A stretch of 63,831 nt of DNA, filler included, from Octopus bimaculoides (lineage: Eukaryota), in NCBI RefSeq assembly GCF_001194135.2. It is 6 parts of 6 records of this genome, joined end to end, with 100 filler letters (N's around TTAATTAATTAA, not from the genome) between each part and the next. Parts side by side here need not be neighbours in the genome. Positions count along the whole stretch, not along the records: positions 15,492 to 42,984 come from NC_068987.1; 5 more parts are not named here. One strand, written 5' to 3'. Both the position numbers and the translations under genes were made by a program. The notes under the pieces were generated by a model, which was not told where the DNA came from, searched no databases, and saw nothing but the letters and a program-made list of their open reading frames with translations. This document shows positions 25,188 through 38,418 of this stretch, in pieces (the first letter of the stretch is position 1; each line of letters begins with the position of its first letter).

Positions 25188-26793
25188 TATGTGGGTTTCT
25201 TTGATAGTCCTAAATAGTTTAACCCTATTGAAGCCTCTCATTTTATAACTATTGCATACGCTTGCTTTTCATGATTGTTTCTTTCCTGCTTAACCTCTCA
25301 TTTTGTGCTGATATTTTCTCCGGTGTACTTGTGTCAAACAGCAGAAATTCTTTTATCTTATTTTCAAGGGCGGCGAATTAACAAAACCGTTTGATTACCA
25401 CAAAACGGGAAATAAATTTCTGTGAATTATCTTTATGCACAATAAAGAATACTTTCATGGCTTTTTATCAAAATTTTATAATTGTTGTATATCAACAAAT
25501 ATTTAAACGGGAAATGATATATTTTCAAGCAGCAAAATTACTTTTTGCTGAATGAAGACTTTTGAAAAATAGTACACCTACATCAAAACAAGAAGTTACA
25601 AGCTGCAGAAGGAGATGCAATCAATAAATCAAAGATTTTAGTAAATCTGTCATTATTTCAATTACATTTTTCTTCTTCAGGTTTAACATCTGTATGTTTT
25701 CCTTTCATTCTATAGTCTATGGTTGCATTTGAGAATGAAATATAGATGCCTGTTTATTTTTCGGTGGCATGTGNNNNNNNNNNNNNNNNNNNNNNNNNNN
25801 NNNNNNNNNNNNNNNNNNNNNNNNNNNNNNNNNNNNNNNNNNNNNNNNNNNNNNNNNNNNNNNNNNNNNNNNNNNNNNNNNNNNNNNNNNNNNNNNNNNN
25901 NNNNNNNNNNNNNNNNNNNNNNNNNNNNNNNNNNNNNNNNNNNNNNNNNNNNNNNNNNNNNNNNNNNNNNNNNNNNNNNNNNNNNNNNNNNNNNNNNNNN
26001 NNNNNNNNNNNNNNNNNNNNNNNNNNNNNNNNNNNNNNNNNNNNNNNNNNNNNNNNNNNNNNNNNNNNNNNNNNNNNNNNNNNNNNNNNNNNNNNNNNNN
26101 NNNNNNNNNNNNNNNNNNNNNNNNNNNNNNNNNNNNNNNNNNNNNNNNNNNNNNNNNNNNNNNNNNNNNNNNNNNNNNNNNNNNNNNNNNNNNNNNNNNN
26201 NNNNNNNNNNNNNNNNNNNNNNNNNNNNNNNNNNNNNNNNNNNNNNNNNNNNNNNNNNNNNNNNNNNNNNNNNNNNNNNNNNNNNNNNNNNNNNNNNNNN
26301 NNNNNNNNNNNNNNNNNNNNNNNNNNNNNNNNNNNNNNNNNNNNNNNNNNNNNNNNNNNNNNNNNNNNNNNNNNNNNNNNNNNNNNNNNNNNNNNNNNNN
26401 NNNNNNNNNNNNNNNNNNNNNNNNNNNNNNNNNNNNNNNNNNNNNNNNNNNNNNNNNNNNNNNNNNNNNNNNNNNNNNNNNNNNNNNNNNNNNNNNNNNN
26501 NNNNNNNNNNNNNNNNNNNNNNNNNNNNNNNNNNNNNNNNNNNNNNNNNNNNNNNNNNNNNNNNNNNNNNNNNNNNNNNNNNNNNNNNNNNNNNNNNNNN
26601 NNNNNNNNNNNNNNNNNNNNNNNNNNNNNNNNNNNNNNNNNNNNNNNNNNNNNNNNNNNNNNNNNNNNNNNNNNNNNNNNNNNNNNNNNNNNNNNNNNNN
26701 NNNNNNNNNNNNNNNNNNNNNNNNNNNNNNNNNNNNNNNNNNNNNNNNNNATAAATGAAAGAAGTTATTCCAAAATTCTGACGACTTTTTTTT

Positions 26794-26841
<48 letters not shown>

Positions 26842-28309
26842 GTCTGTCTGTTTTCTTATCTATCTGACTATCAGTTTATCTATCTCTCCGAATATTTACC
26901 TGTCAGTCTAATTATCAATATATTTATATATGTATATCCATTTGTTCGAACGTTATAAACTTTCGTGTAAATTTTTTGTAGAATCAGTCATAATTATATC
27001 GCTTTTTCGAACAACATATTCTCATTGCAGCGCAAACACATAGACACGCGAGCGAGAGCATGCTTATGCATCTACGTAAACTCGTATTTATTTAATTACA
27101 CAGGTAGAGACAGACAGAGACACACACAAACACACACACATATATTTTTCCAACCTCTCTCCATTTAAACTTGGTACATCGCCTTAAAATATTTACTATT
27201 TTGCACCAACTAAATAAAATACATTGAAAGTGATTTGTTCTTTCTTTTTGAATATATAAAATAATATAGAAATATATAAAGCATGATAGAAATCTCATTT
27301 CCATCCATTTATTAATTAATGATGGGAATTAGTTGTACATATATAGAAAAAAAAGAAGACCATCATTGTTTAGAACTGCAATATGTTTATCATCTTAGAA
27401 TAATTAAGTCTAAATTAATATTAAAATAATGGACTATATTATTAATTTTTGTTGAATATATTATATGAAAGTACAAAATGCAGATTGCTTCTCACATTGT
27501 TTCTACAATCCTTATATGGTGGAAGTGTTGTTTGTTATCATTGATATTATTTTCCGAAGACTCAATTATTTGTTTTAGGATTGGGGATATTTTAAATTGT
27601 AAACGAAGATATTAACTCTTTTTGTTTTAATTTGAAACAACTAGAGTAATACATACACAAAGAGGTTAATCTGTAAACAAAGTAATAACATTCCGTTTTC
27701 GTAAATTGTTTGTTTATTTGCCTTTGTCTGTATACTTTTGAACAGGTTAAGTCTCATAGAGGAGTCATTTCATGTCAAAGTCGCTATTTTGATTTAAATC
27801 AAATGGTGATATAAACACAAGATTATATTGATATTCCAGAAACAGCTTAAAGGCTTTTTCCCGTTATTATCTTTTTTATCCTATTATGATATATATATAT
27901 ATATATATATAAAATATTGTTTCAATATATGAATTTATATAAAATTTTATCTGATTATAAGATTTTTGTAATTTGTTTTCAGTAGTAAAAATTTCCACTT
28001 CATGCGTAGTTAACTATTTTCTTCTTCTTCTTTTTTTTTTTTAATAAATGTTATGCTCTTGTCACAATGAATGTTTGGAGAAACACTCAGATATTTTGAG
28101 TAAACAGAATTTTCAAATTTAATATAAAAAATGGCAAATAAATGTACCCCTATTTGTAATTATTATATGAAATGTTTGAAACATCGCGCTTATATATTTG
28201 TACATCTAATGAGTGCGTTCGAAAATAATTAAAACTAACGAGATGGAATAAATATCGTGTATTAGCTATAAAGTAAACCCTCATCCGCTGCTTAGTAACC
28301 AAATATCGG

Positions 28310-28460
28310 GCGTAAGTATGGAAGTTTGTTCAAGAAGTTCGCTTCGCAATCACGTGAATTCCGAGTTCGATCCCACAGGATGGCAACGCGAGTAATTTTT
28401 TTCCACCATTGCCGTACAAGTGGAATTTAGTAAACAGAATCTTTACAAAAGCCAGACGCA
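28310..28460 (+). mobile_element. Diverged family B-like 5' half
   Basis: GAAGTTCGCTTCGCAATCACGTG..CCGAGTTCGATCCCAC...GTGGAATTTAGTAAACAGAA. Confidence 0.5.
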
Positions 28461-28687
28461 TTTGTATTACTATCTCTCTCTCTATCTATCTATGACGTAA
28501 CGTTTTTTGTATATACACACATATTCGTCTTAATGTGTCTGTTGTTACATATGCACACACGCACACGCGCATGCATACACACACATGCATGTACACACAG
28601 AGAACCACATAGACAGACACATTAACACTCACGCACACATACACACATACACACACAGAGTCATATATGTCATATATGTAAGCATAT

Positions 28688-28732
<45 letters not shown>

Positions 28733-30423
28733 TTCTTAAGCGAAGGATTACTCTTAAGAAATCTGAAAGCATAAACTATCGATAGGTTCCGGAAAGACCT
28801 TCATCAAGAACCTTTGACTTTTTTTTTATTAAAATGGAGTCATGTCTTAATTTTCCATATGACTCTTTCTATTTTCTCTACTGAAACTCAAATGGAATAA
28901 TGAATCCACAGTTTATTACAATGAATCGCTTAAAAGAAAGTTTCAGAGAAATAAGCTATAAAACCTTCTAACAACACTACATGCATACATGGTGGAAGTT
29001 GACTCGTGATCGAGTTAGATCCATTTCTTAAACCCGTTTCACTCTAAGAAATATCTCGTGTTTTATCTCCCCCATCACTGATGACGTCTCATATGGCTCC
29101 AAATTTTTGTGATGGACCTACAGCATATTTCACACCGACTACAAGTCAAGTTTCCAGTAACGGCCTAACCATTTGGATGTTAGGGCCTACAATACCGAGT
29201 TAGTCCACAGGCCGACCTTCCACCACACTGCTACACAAAACGAACGAGATAACATGCTGGATATTACATTACAGAGTATTTGTATGTGTGTGTTGGTGGG
29301 TGGGGGCACGTCCGTGACCACGCTCGTGGCTTAGTAGGCTTGCCTTCGAAAAGCAGAAACGACCATGCTGGTCATCTGAAAAAGACCCTGTATATGGAGG
29401 GTTTACATACTCCACGTACATATGTCTTTCATCGACTTCTGATGAACAATATCAACGCTGTCACTTGTAGGTTTTCTTACGCATGAGTTTCATATGCAAT
29501 CTCTTATCTCGCTCACAATTGTCATGCAATGTTTGGACCGTTTATTAACTGAAACAAGTGACTTTATTGTTCGCAAAAGGGATTAATAAATATATTACAA
29601 TCACTGTGTGTGTGTGTGTGGCTTTTATTGCTGTTTGAAAGTTATTATTTCAATCGGTTTGTCGAAAAGTTGCCCTGATCCAATGTAATGCCAATATAAT
29701 AAATATCCATAATAAACTGGGACACATTCAGACGACTTTATAATAATTTTCTACGAAGACAAAAATGAAAAAAGCATTAAATTTTATAAAACGAAATGAA
29801 CGAATTATACATTGTAGGGTGGTTGGAATCTAATAGTCTTCGTAAGAATAATCATTTCAGTATGACGAAAACGTATTCAGTACTGAAGCCTGTTTATAAT
29901 TTCGCTGACGGAAAAAGAAGTTTTAATTCTATTGGGTGTGAACTTACACGTTCATCAATTACAATTAGTCAAATTCTGTTCTTTGTATTTTCGATCAGAA
30001 TCTGAATATCGAATTGCTAACCTAATGTAAGACACAATATTGACTTGTGTAACTGTAATATACTTGGTAGTATGTCATGGTCGCAAAACAAAAGGTTATG
30101 TTCTTTCCAGCAATGACTATGTACGTACCAGTTGCTGGAAATGTGTTTAATATGTAAATTGGGAAATTCAGTTGTGTTACACCGGTAAACTTAGTGGGTA
30201 TTTGTTGTGTCGACGCCCCCAAGTAGGATCTCCCAAGACATATAAATAGAGGTAGTCTGGCCGTGGTAGATGTGTTGAGTAGCAGTCGAGTAGCAGTTGT
30301 GTAGCGGTTGAGTAGAGATCAGCCGAAGGTGCTAGATAGCAGTAGCGTTGAAACATAACAGTATTTAAATATGTTCGTGGATAGTCGATTGGTTGCATGT
30401 GATGCTGATGAAAAAGCCAAAGA

Positions 30424-30738
30424 ACCCCTTCGGTCCTGAATGACCATGGGACGCACCTAGAAAGTTCCCCTCCGAGGCACACGTCCGGACAAGGTTGTTC
30501 ATGGAAGACTAGTAATCGCCCATGCATACCACGCCACTGATGTTGCCCAAAGGAAAGGCAAAGGCCGATACAGCTTGGCACCAGTGACGTCGCAACTCAT
30601 TTCTACAGCTGAGTGAACTGGAGAAACGTGAAATAAAGTGTCTTGCTCAAGAACACAACACAGAATCCGATCCTAGAATCGAACTCGCTAACTCGTGATT
30701 ATGAACTGGACGCTCTAACCACTGAGCCATGCGCCTTC
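30424..30738 (-). mobile_element. SINE family D, full length
   Basis: Reverse complement of the D consensus; the plus strand ends GAGCCATGCGCCTTC. Confidence 0.92.
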
Positions 30739-31309
30739 ACACTGAGGCGAAAAAACTGTAACCCTTGAGATATACATATACACCCGTTACCTAATATTTT
30801 TTTGTATCTTTGATCGCGTTGTTTACATAGACGTAATCGTTTACAAAACGTCGGAACTTGCAATGCAGACTCTGAACACCGTAGAAAATTTATAGAGATA
30901 ATCCTAAAAAATTGCTACAATAGCACGTTCTTAGATATTTACCTTTTGCGTGACGCTCAGGGAAGTAAGTCAAATAGAAAAAAAAGTAAACACTCATGGT
31001 AGTGTGGTAACCGTGATGTCGGTGTTGATTATGGTAAAGGGAGAGAGAGAGGGGGGGAGAAGAGGAGGGAGAGAGTAAGAGTGAGGGAAAGAAGAAAGAG
31101 ACGGTTTAAACACGAAGCGGGAGGGCAGACGAAAATATCAGGACGTAGCAATGTATCTAACACTGCATTTTTAGATATCTCTTTTATATTCTTCCTCTTT
31201 TTCTATCTATCCATCCACATTTGTTTGAAGTGTTTTTGAATAGCATCATATAAAATAATTATTTCGCAACAAGACCGCGAAAATGATTAGATCAGAATAC
31301 ATACACCCA

Positions 31310-31460
31310 CGTTAAGCCTCCACACCAAATTTCACTCAAGTTATTAAGTCGAGGCTATGCCAAAGATTCTTACCCAAGGTTCTTCGTAGTGACACCGGAC
31401 CAAGAACCACATGGTTACAACGTGAACTTTTTAAACAAACAGCCATACCCGCGCTTATAT
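31310..31460 (-). mobile_element. Diverged family B 5' half
   Basis: CCAAATTTCACTCAAG...GAGGCTAT...CCCAAGGT...ACCACATGGTT...CAGCCATACCCGCGC. Confidence 0.55.
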
Positions 31461-31630
31461 TACGGATCATTTTTTTGAAAAACCTCAATCTAGTGAGGCA
31501 GTTACTATGCTTTGTTTACTGGAACTGTGGATTGAAGTCTAGCTGTATGAGTCATTTTTTTAATGTAAAAACAGGGTTATAATACAGTGAATTAAGATTT
31601 GTTAAAGTTTTACAAATTTAATTGTACAGT

Positions 31631-32041
31631 AGTGGCTGTGTGGTAAGTAGCTTGCTTACCAAGCACATGGTTCTGGGTTCATTCCCACTGCGTGGCATCT
31701 TGGGCAAGTGTCTTCTACTGTAGCCTCGGGCCGACCAAAGCCTTGTGAGTGGATTTGGTAGACGGAAACTGAAAGAAGCCCATCATATATATGTATATAT
31801 ATATGTATATGTATGTGTGTGTATATGTTAGTGTGTCTGTGTTTGTCCCCCCCCCACCAACATCGCTTGACAACCGATGCTGGTGTGCTTACGTCCCCGT
31901 AACTTAGCGGTTCGGAAAAACAGACTGATAGAATAAGTACTAGGCTTACGAAGAATAAGTTCTGGGGTAAATTTGCTCGACAAAAGGCGGTGCTCCAGCA
32001 TGACCGCAGTCAAATGACTGAAACAAGTAAAAGAGTAAAAG
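31631..32041 (+). mobile_element. SINE family B, near full length
   Basis: Both halves and the internal (TA)/(TG) tract; ends AAACAAGTAAAAGAGTAAAA. Confidence 0.92.
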
Positions 32042-32051
32042 AGAAGGAGAG

Positions 32052-32125
<74 letters not shown>

Positions 32126-32379
32126 ACAGAATGAAAAAGACTATGATTTCAATTTCCATAATTAAGATTGCTTATTTTTGATGTTAAGTGAAAAATTGTG
32201 GATAGCATCTCTCAAGTTAGAATCGACAAGGTGTATAACTAGGAGGAGTATAGCTTTCAGAGATATTGTCTCGTAAGCCTGCACATTTATTATTACATGT
32301 ATAAAATTTTACAACATCCAAGGAACTAAATGTTTCAAACAAAATACAAGTTCAAAAGAAAATCGATATCTTTTTGCTC

Positions 32380-32795
32380 TTACTTGTTTCACTCATTGGA
32401 CTGCGACCATGTTTGGAAACCGCCATCAAGGGTTTTAAGCGAACAAACCGAGACCAGTACTTACGCTTTTTCTCAAAGTCTGTTACTTTTTTTATAGGTT
32501 TCTTTTACTGAATCGCTAAGTTAAGGTAAAGAAAACAAACTAATAGCGTTTTTCAAGCGCTTGGGGGATACAAAAACACAAAGAAACACACACATTTGTT
32601 TTTAAGCGGGAACACATGCACACACATATATGATAGGCTTTCACACAGTTTCCGTCTACTGTATTCGCTGAGAAGGCATTGGTCGATCCGTGACGATAAT
32701 AGAAAATACTTGCCCAAGGTATCACGTAGTGAAACTGAACCCGACACCATGTGATTACAAAACGAGTTTCTTAGCCACACAGCCATGTCTGCGCT
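32380..32795 (-). mobile_element. SINE family B, older diverged full-length copy
   Basis: CTTACTTGTTTCACTCATT...CACAGCCATG; colinear with the B reverse complement. Confidence 0.8.
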
Positions 32796-32882
32796 TCTAT
32801 GTTTCACGATTCTCTATAAACTTCCAACCATCTAACAGTTTTCAAAATAATCGCGGTATTTCTACGGATACTGCTAGTTAAT

Positions 32883-33097
32883 CAATTGCAGCGTGGAAAG
32901 TGTTTATAAGCCATTGAAAATAACACACAAAAACCGTTAGATTGCGTCTGATGCAGCACAGAATTTTGTCAGTGAACAGGTCGCGGTCTCAAAGCGACGA
33001 AAATATTTTGGCAAATTAAATTTAAATGTTGAAGTTAATCTAACGGTTTTTGGGTGCTATTTTAAATGGCTTATAAACACCTTCCACGCTGCAATTG
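32883..33097. repeat. Fold-back: 61-bp inverted arms around a 93-bp spacer
   Basis: 32883-32943 is the reverse complement of 33037-33097 with about 4 mismatches. Confidence 0.9.
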
Positions 33098-36000
33098 TTT
33101 TCGTTCCAAGCACACGATTTCACATTAGGTCACTTGCTATGTAAGTATATCTCAGTAATTCCGAATGCTAGTTAATCATTAACCTAATAATTTTTATTCC
33201 ACATTACAAACTCTTCTATGTCGAATATATTCCCTACAGACCTGAATTTAAATGTTTGGGTCATTGAGTAAAATAAAAACGACTATCAAAATAACTTGGC
33301 GTTCCACTTTCGGTTTTGCTTATTGCCGTTCTTGTTTGTATACACTAATAATCTATTTCTTAATTCACTGAAGACAATAAAATTTATCTTTCTCTCCTTT
33401 GAAGAACATTGTTAATGCTTAATCAATGTTCATTTAATTTTTGTTTGATATTAATTACAAGAAGTAGCATTCATTGTACCCACTAAAGTGGAGATTCATA
33501 AAAGTCGCGTTATGTAATGTAGATTATTGCATTAAATTTCTAAATTCGTGTAGAATGAGATTCAAATTTATTCACCTTCATATAGGAATCGGTAGAATAT
33601 ATATCAGTAATACAGTGTAGTTAAATTAATTGCGTATGTTATTTCCTTACTATGTCGCTTGCACCAAATAAAAGCGATCATTCGTTAATGTCTATGAATA
33701 AAATCATTATGAAGCTTATTGTAGTCATTATCGTTGTAATTTTAATCATGAAGTTTCACGTTATCGTATGCGCCACTGTTTCTTTTGTTAGCCTTCTTTG
33801 ATCCATCTGCCTGTTGTCTTTTACTCAGAATAGAAAAGAAAGAAGAAAGAAGAAAGAAGTGAATGAATGAATCACAGGCGTTGCTGTTTTCTTCAGGCAA
33901 CCGTTCTTAAATTAGCATCCTCATCTATAAGATGAATCAACATCTACGCTAACAAAGCTGCCTCACATGAGTTTGGGTATTCACGCAAAGAATAGAAGCA
34001 GCAAAAAATGCATCAATCCTTGGTTGAATCGCATAAGAAATCTGACATAGCGGAAACACTTCTTTCTGCTACCAACAACAGACAGAGTGTTTCGGAAATG
34101 GTTTATTAGCTTTTTATTGCTCGATTACACAAAAAGTGTCGTATCACGATTCAGAAAGCACAGTTTACAATTGTAACAAAACAAAATATAGAAGACAACG
34201 ACAAGAAACAATTTCAGAAATCTATTTACAGATAATTGGCTTTGAAAATTCCCGCTTCCTGTCGAACTATTTTGAATTAACGTAATGCTGAGAAATTGGT
34301 AACTTAAATAGGATAGCTGTTTGTGAAACACACCTACGAACTAATCATTTGTTCAAAGCATTTACACGACTCGATGGTGGTTTCCTAAATATTTAATGAC
34401 AAAGATAACCAAGGGCGTAGCATAGAGATAGAGTTAGTTCTTTCAAAGCTAAGAAGTTAAACTAAATAATTTAGAATTGCATATTTGGTGCATCACATCA
34501 TTTTCATATTGTACTGAAGTTAACCTTACAATTCTCAGAACTTTCACATGATTGACAAAATGAGCAACAAAATTAGAAGAGACTTCAGTATATCAACTGG
34601 AGATAAAATAGATAAATAAATAATCAGAACTATAAATGAGGACTTCTCTATCTGAAGCTGATTTTGTTAGTTTTTGCAGTTCTCAAATGTAAATACAATT
34701 GTTTTTTTAACCGCGAATCCACGCCATTACATTGTTGCGTTACGATGCTAGCCATACAAAACTCTGATATTATTTATCTTTACTAGGAAGAAAGGAAAGT
34801 GTACATTGGATAATATAGCGGGAGATATACACAATTACTAAATGATGTGGTCATATAGTATATTTGGGCGTGAGAGTGTTGTATTGTTATATATACACTA
34901 TTGTGAAAAATCTCATCCGTTTTATTAAAGTGATTTTGCTTTTACTCAGTGACCGAAAGCAAAATAGCTAATTAATCAACTGGAATATTACATATTATTT
35001 TAATGTTTTCATTATATATTTATAACATTTTGATTCCTGTATCAGCACTAATATGAGTTTATCGTTAAATTTACAACACAGTAAATTTGACTATATATTT
35101 ACCTGCCTTAAATTAGTAAGACAAAGTTGTTGTCGTCTATTCTCTAGGTGACCCTTATCGAGCAGACATACAATCAAGGACATTTTACTCGTTACCATGC
35201 AATCGATTTTATTTTCAGGCATAATATACTTAAGGTCTACTCTTTGTGCGGTGTGGTGCTTGTGCGCCTCAATGGCCCTGAAAGAGCTTCCTATCTTGGA
35301 CAAGTAAAAGAGACCAGACTAATATGGACGCGTCTTTCCAGAGGTAAAAATGTCTGCATAGGGACAAAATGTCTGCGTAGAAAATGCAAAACAGAGGAGA
35401 AAAGATATCAATGACTTATGCTCTATGGAATATTTTCGACTACATCATATAGTAACTTTGTATATTTCCCGCTACACTATCCAATGTTCACTTTTCTTTA
35501 AAGACGTTATGGGGTTATTTCGGGGAAAATTTGACTTGCATGCTATTTTTATTACACTGATTGGATTTGTAGGAGATTCCGCAGTGATTCGTGAAAGAGA
35601 AAGTTGACACCAATAGTGTTTTGAAATCACAAGATTGTAAGAACTGTATCTGGAAAGGCATATATTTTACCACGCAATTGAATCTGTCAATTGTAGGGGT
35701 GCTTGCTTTAAATAAAGTGTAAGTCGAATACTCGATTGCATATTAATAACTTTAGTATTTAAGAAAATGACTTCGTTATTGGAGTAAGGCTAACGCTAGT
35801 GAACCTTGTGTCGATCTGAGGCTGGTTGGAGTAAATGATCCTGAGACTAGAAATCTGCCCCGAACAGTTGTAACCAGGTAGGGGTGATAGAGAGGGGCTG
35901 ATTAAGTCCTCCACCCTATAACAGAATCAGTCCCTCATACAGCTTCCGTACAGTTTTCGACTATCAAATTTCATATGCAAAGATTTGGTCTACTGCGGCG

Positions 36001-36145
36001 TAATAGGTTTTCACTCCAAAATCACAGAGTAGCGACAGAAACAACCTAATCGCTACGTCATGGCTACACCGGCATCCGAAGTGTATATAAGGATATGTAC
36101 ATAATATGTATGTATATATAAATTTATATTATATATGTATGCATA

Positions 36146-36197
<52 letters not shown>

Positions 36198-36239
36198 ATG
36201 TTTGTATATATATATGCATATGTATATATGTGTTATATA

Positions 36240-36876
36240 CGTGGTCTGATCAATAAGTATCCGGACAGTTGCCATAGTAACGAAAGTAAAGCATATAGTG
36301 TAAGGGCACTCGGCACAGATTGACCTTGAACTCTGTTGTGCATGTGTATTAAGCTTTAAGGTTCTAGTTCACTTTCGCTGATTACAGCAGTGCTTGGAAG
36401 GAAGGTGTGTAACGTGTAATCGTTGCATTGAGCACGACAGAGAAAGTTGAGCAGAGAATCTGCATTAAATTTTGCCAAAAGTTTGGCGATACCTGCAAAA
36501 AGTTTTCATCGTTCTCAACACACTCAAGGACATCTTGTGCAACTGAAACCCGAATGTCTTTTTGATCAACTGAAAACAGTTTTGACACAAACTTAGCAGA
36601 CACGCGTTTCATACCCAAATCTTCAGTGATATTGGACTGAACTGAACCATAACTAATCTGCACATTCTCTGATAACTCACGAACAGTGATTCAATGATTT
36701 TCTCTCACAGCTGCATGCACATTTGCCATGTTTTTCTCAGTTCTGCTGGTTTCGGGTCTCCCACAACGTTCGTCAATATCGATATTTTTTCGCCCATCTT
36801 GGAAACGTCTGAATCACTCGTACACTTGTGTGCGTCTCATACACCTCTCTCCAGACACTTTCTGCAACTTTGCATA
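36240..36876. mobile_element. Mariner transposon 5' part with an internal inversion (pseudogenised)
   Basis: TA + TIR-like CGTGGTCTGATCAATAAGTATCCGG. The plus strand 36434-36496 reads (T)TEKVEQRICIKFCQKFGDTC. The minus strand 36876-36497 continues YAKLQKVSGERCMRRTQVYE*FRRFQDGRKNIDIDERCGRPETSRT...GMKRVSAKFVSKL...ENDENFL, typical of a mariner HTH region. Confidence 0.9.
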
Positions 36877-37859
36877 TATATATATATAACTTCTACTTTA
36901 ATCGTCAAAACAGAAAACTATTCAATAGAAATAATCTAAAACTGTACTATAGTTGCACATGATCTAGGAAAATTTTCACAAGTAAGGTAACTAAATTATT
37001 AGAGGCGAGTTTCAAATGCAGAAATGCAAACACACGCTCAAATGATTCATACAACACTGAAGCAATTATTTACGAGGCAAAATCAACTCCATCAAACAAA
37101 ACTTTAAAAATGCGTGCAAATACTGTTGACATATAGTTGGAGAGATATCCAAAGTCACATGAAAGATACATTTCTCTTTCCTATATTTCCTTCAAAGATA
37201 TAGGAAAGAGAAGTGTAATAAAGCTATCCAATTACATCTGGATTGTGAAAGAATAAATCACTGCATGAGATAACATGGAAGATCCTTAAATGATGTAAAC
37301 CAAAGATAAATTCCTAAAAGATTTCGGGTGATATCCAAATGAAAACTGACAGAGACCCAAGGACCTCATCAAATCTATGAACTATCTAAATGTTAGATCA
37401 GAGTTCTTCAGCAAGTATCACCACCTCAGTAAATATTTTTGAATATACTGGAAGCTTATACACCCATCTAATTGGTTAGATTAATACTTAAATATATATA
37501 TCAAGACTATTCCAGCTCTATTTCGTTTGGTTATTTTACGAGATTAAGAGATACGACTTACTACTACAGTCTAGTACATTTTCCTGCCCATCGTTACTGT
37601 CATTTTAGTATGGCAAATATCTTCTGTGGCACTTTCATAACGGCAGCTCATTAACATTTTATCAGATGTCATCACTGAACGTGGAGAAGAATTTCTACAT
37701 AAAATGATGTACAAAACAGAAAGAAGTTATCGGATATGAAACTATCAATTTCAAGGATCTGGAAATGTTAACCAATTAAAATAAAATATAGTATATCATT
37801 ATAACTAATGTAGATATGTACTATATAACATACATACTTACATACATACATACACACAT

Positions 37860-38118
<259 letters not shown>

Positions 38119-38386
38119 TGAGAACGTTGCCTGGAACATGTGTCATGCTGACAATGTAATCGTATTGTACAAGTCACCTAGATTTTTTGACCTGATCTGA
38201 AGAAATAAAATGCTGTTTACAATATAAAAGAGCTATAGTATATGTATACATACTTATATACATACATATAAGCATGAATACATACTATATACATATATGT
38301 GGTTGTGCGTGAGTGTGTGGAGATTGAGTGCAGAGAGAAAGGGAGACAAAGATAGAGAGAGAGAGAGAGTCTGTGTGTGTGTATGT

Positions 38387-38418
<32 letters not shown>

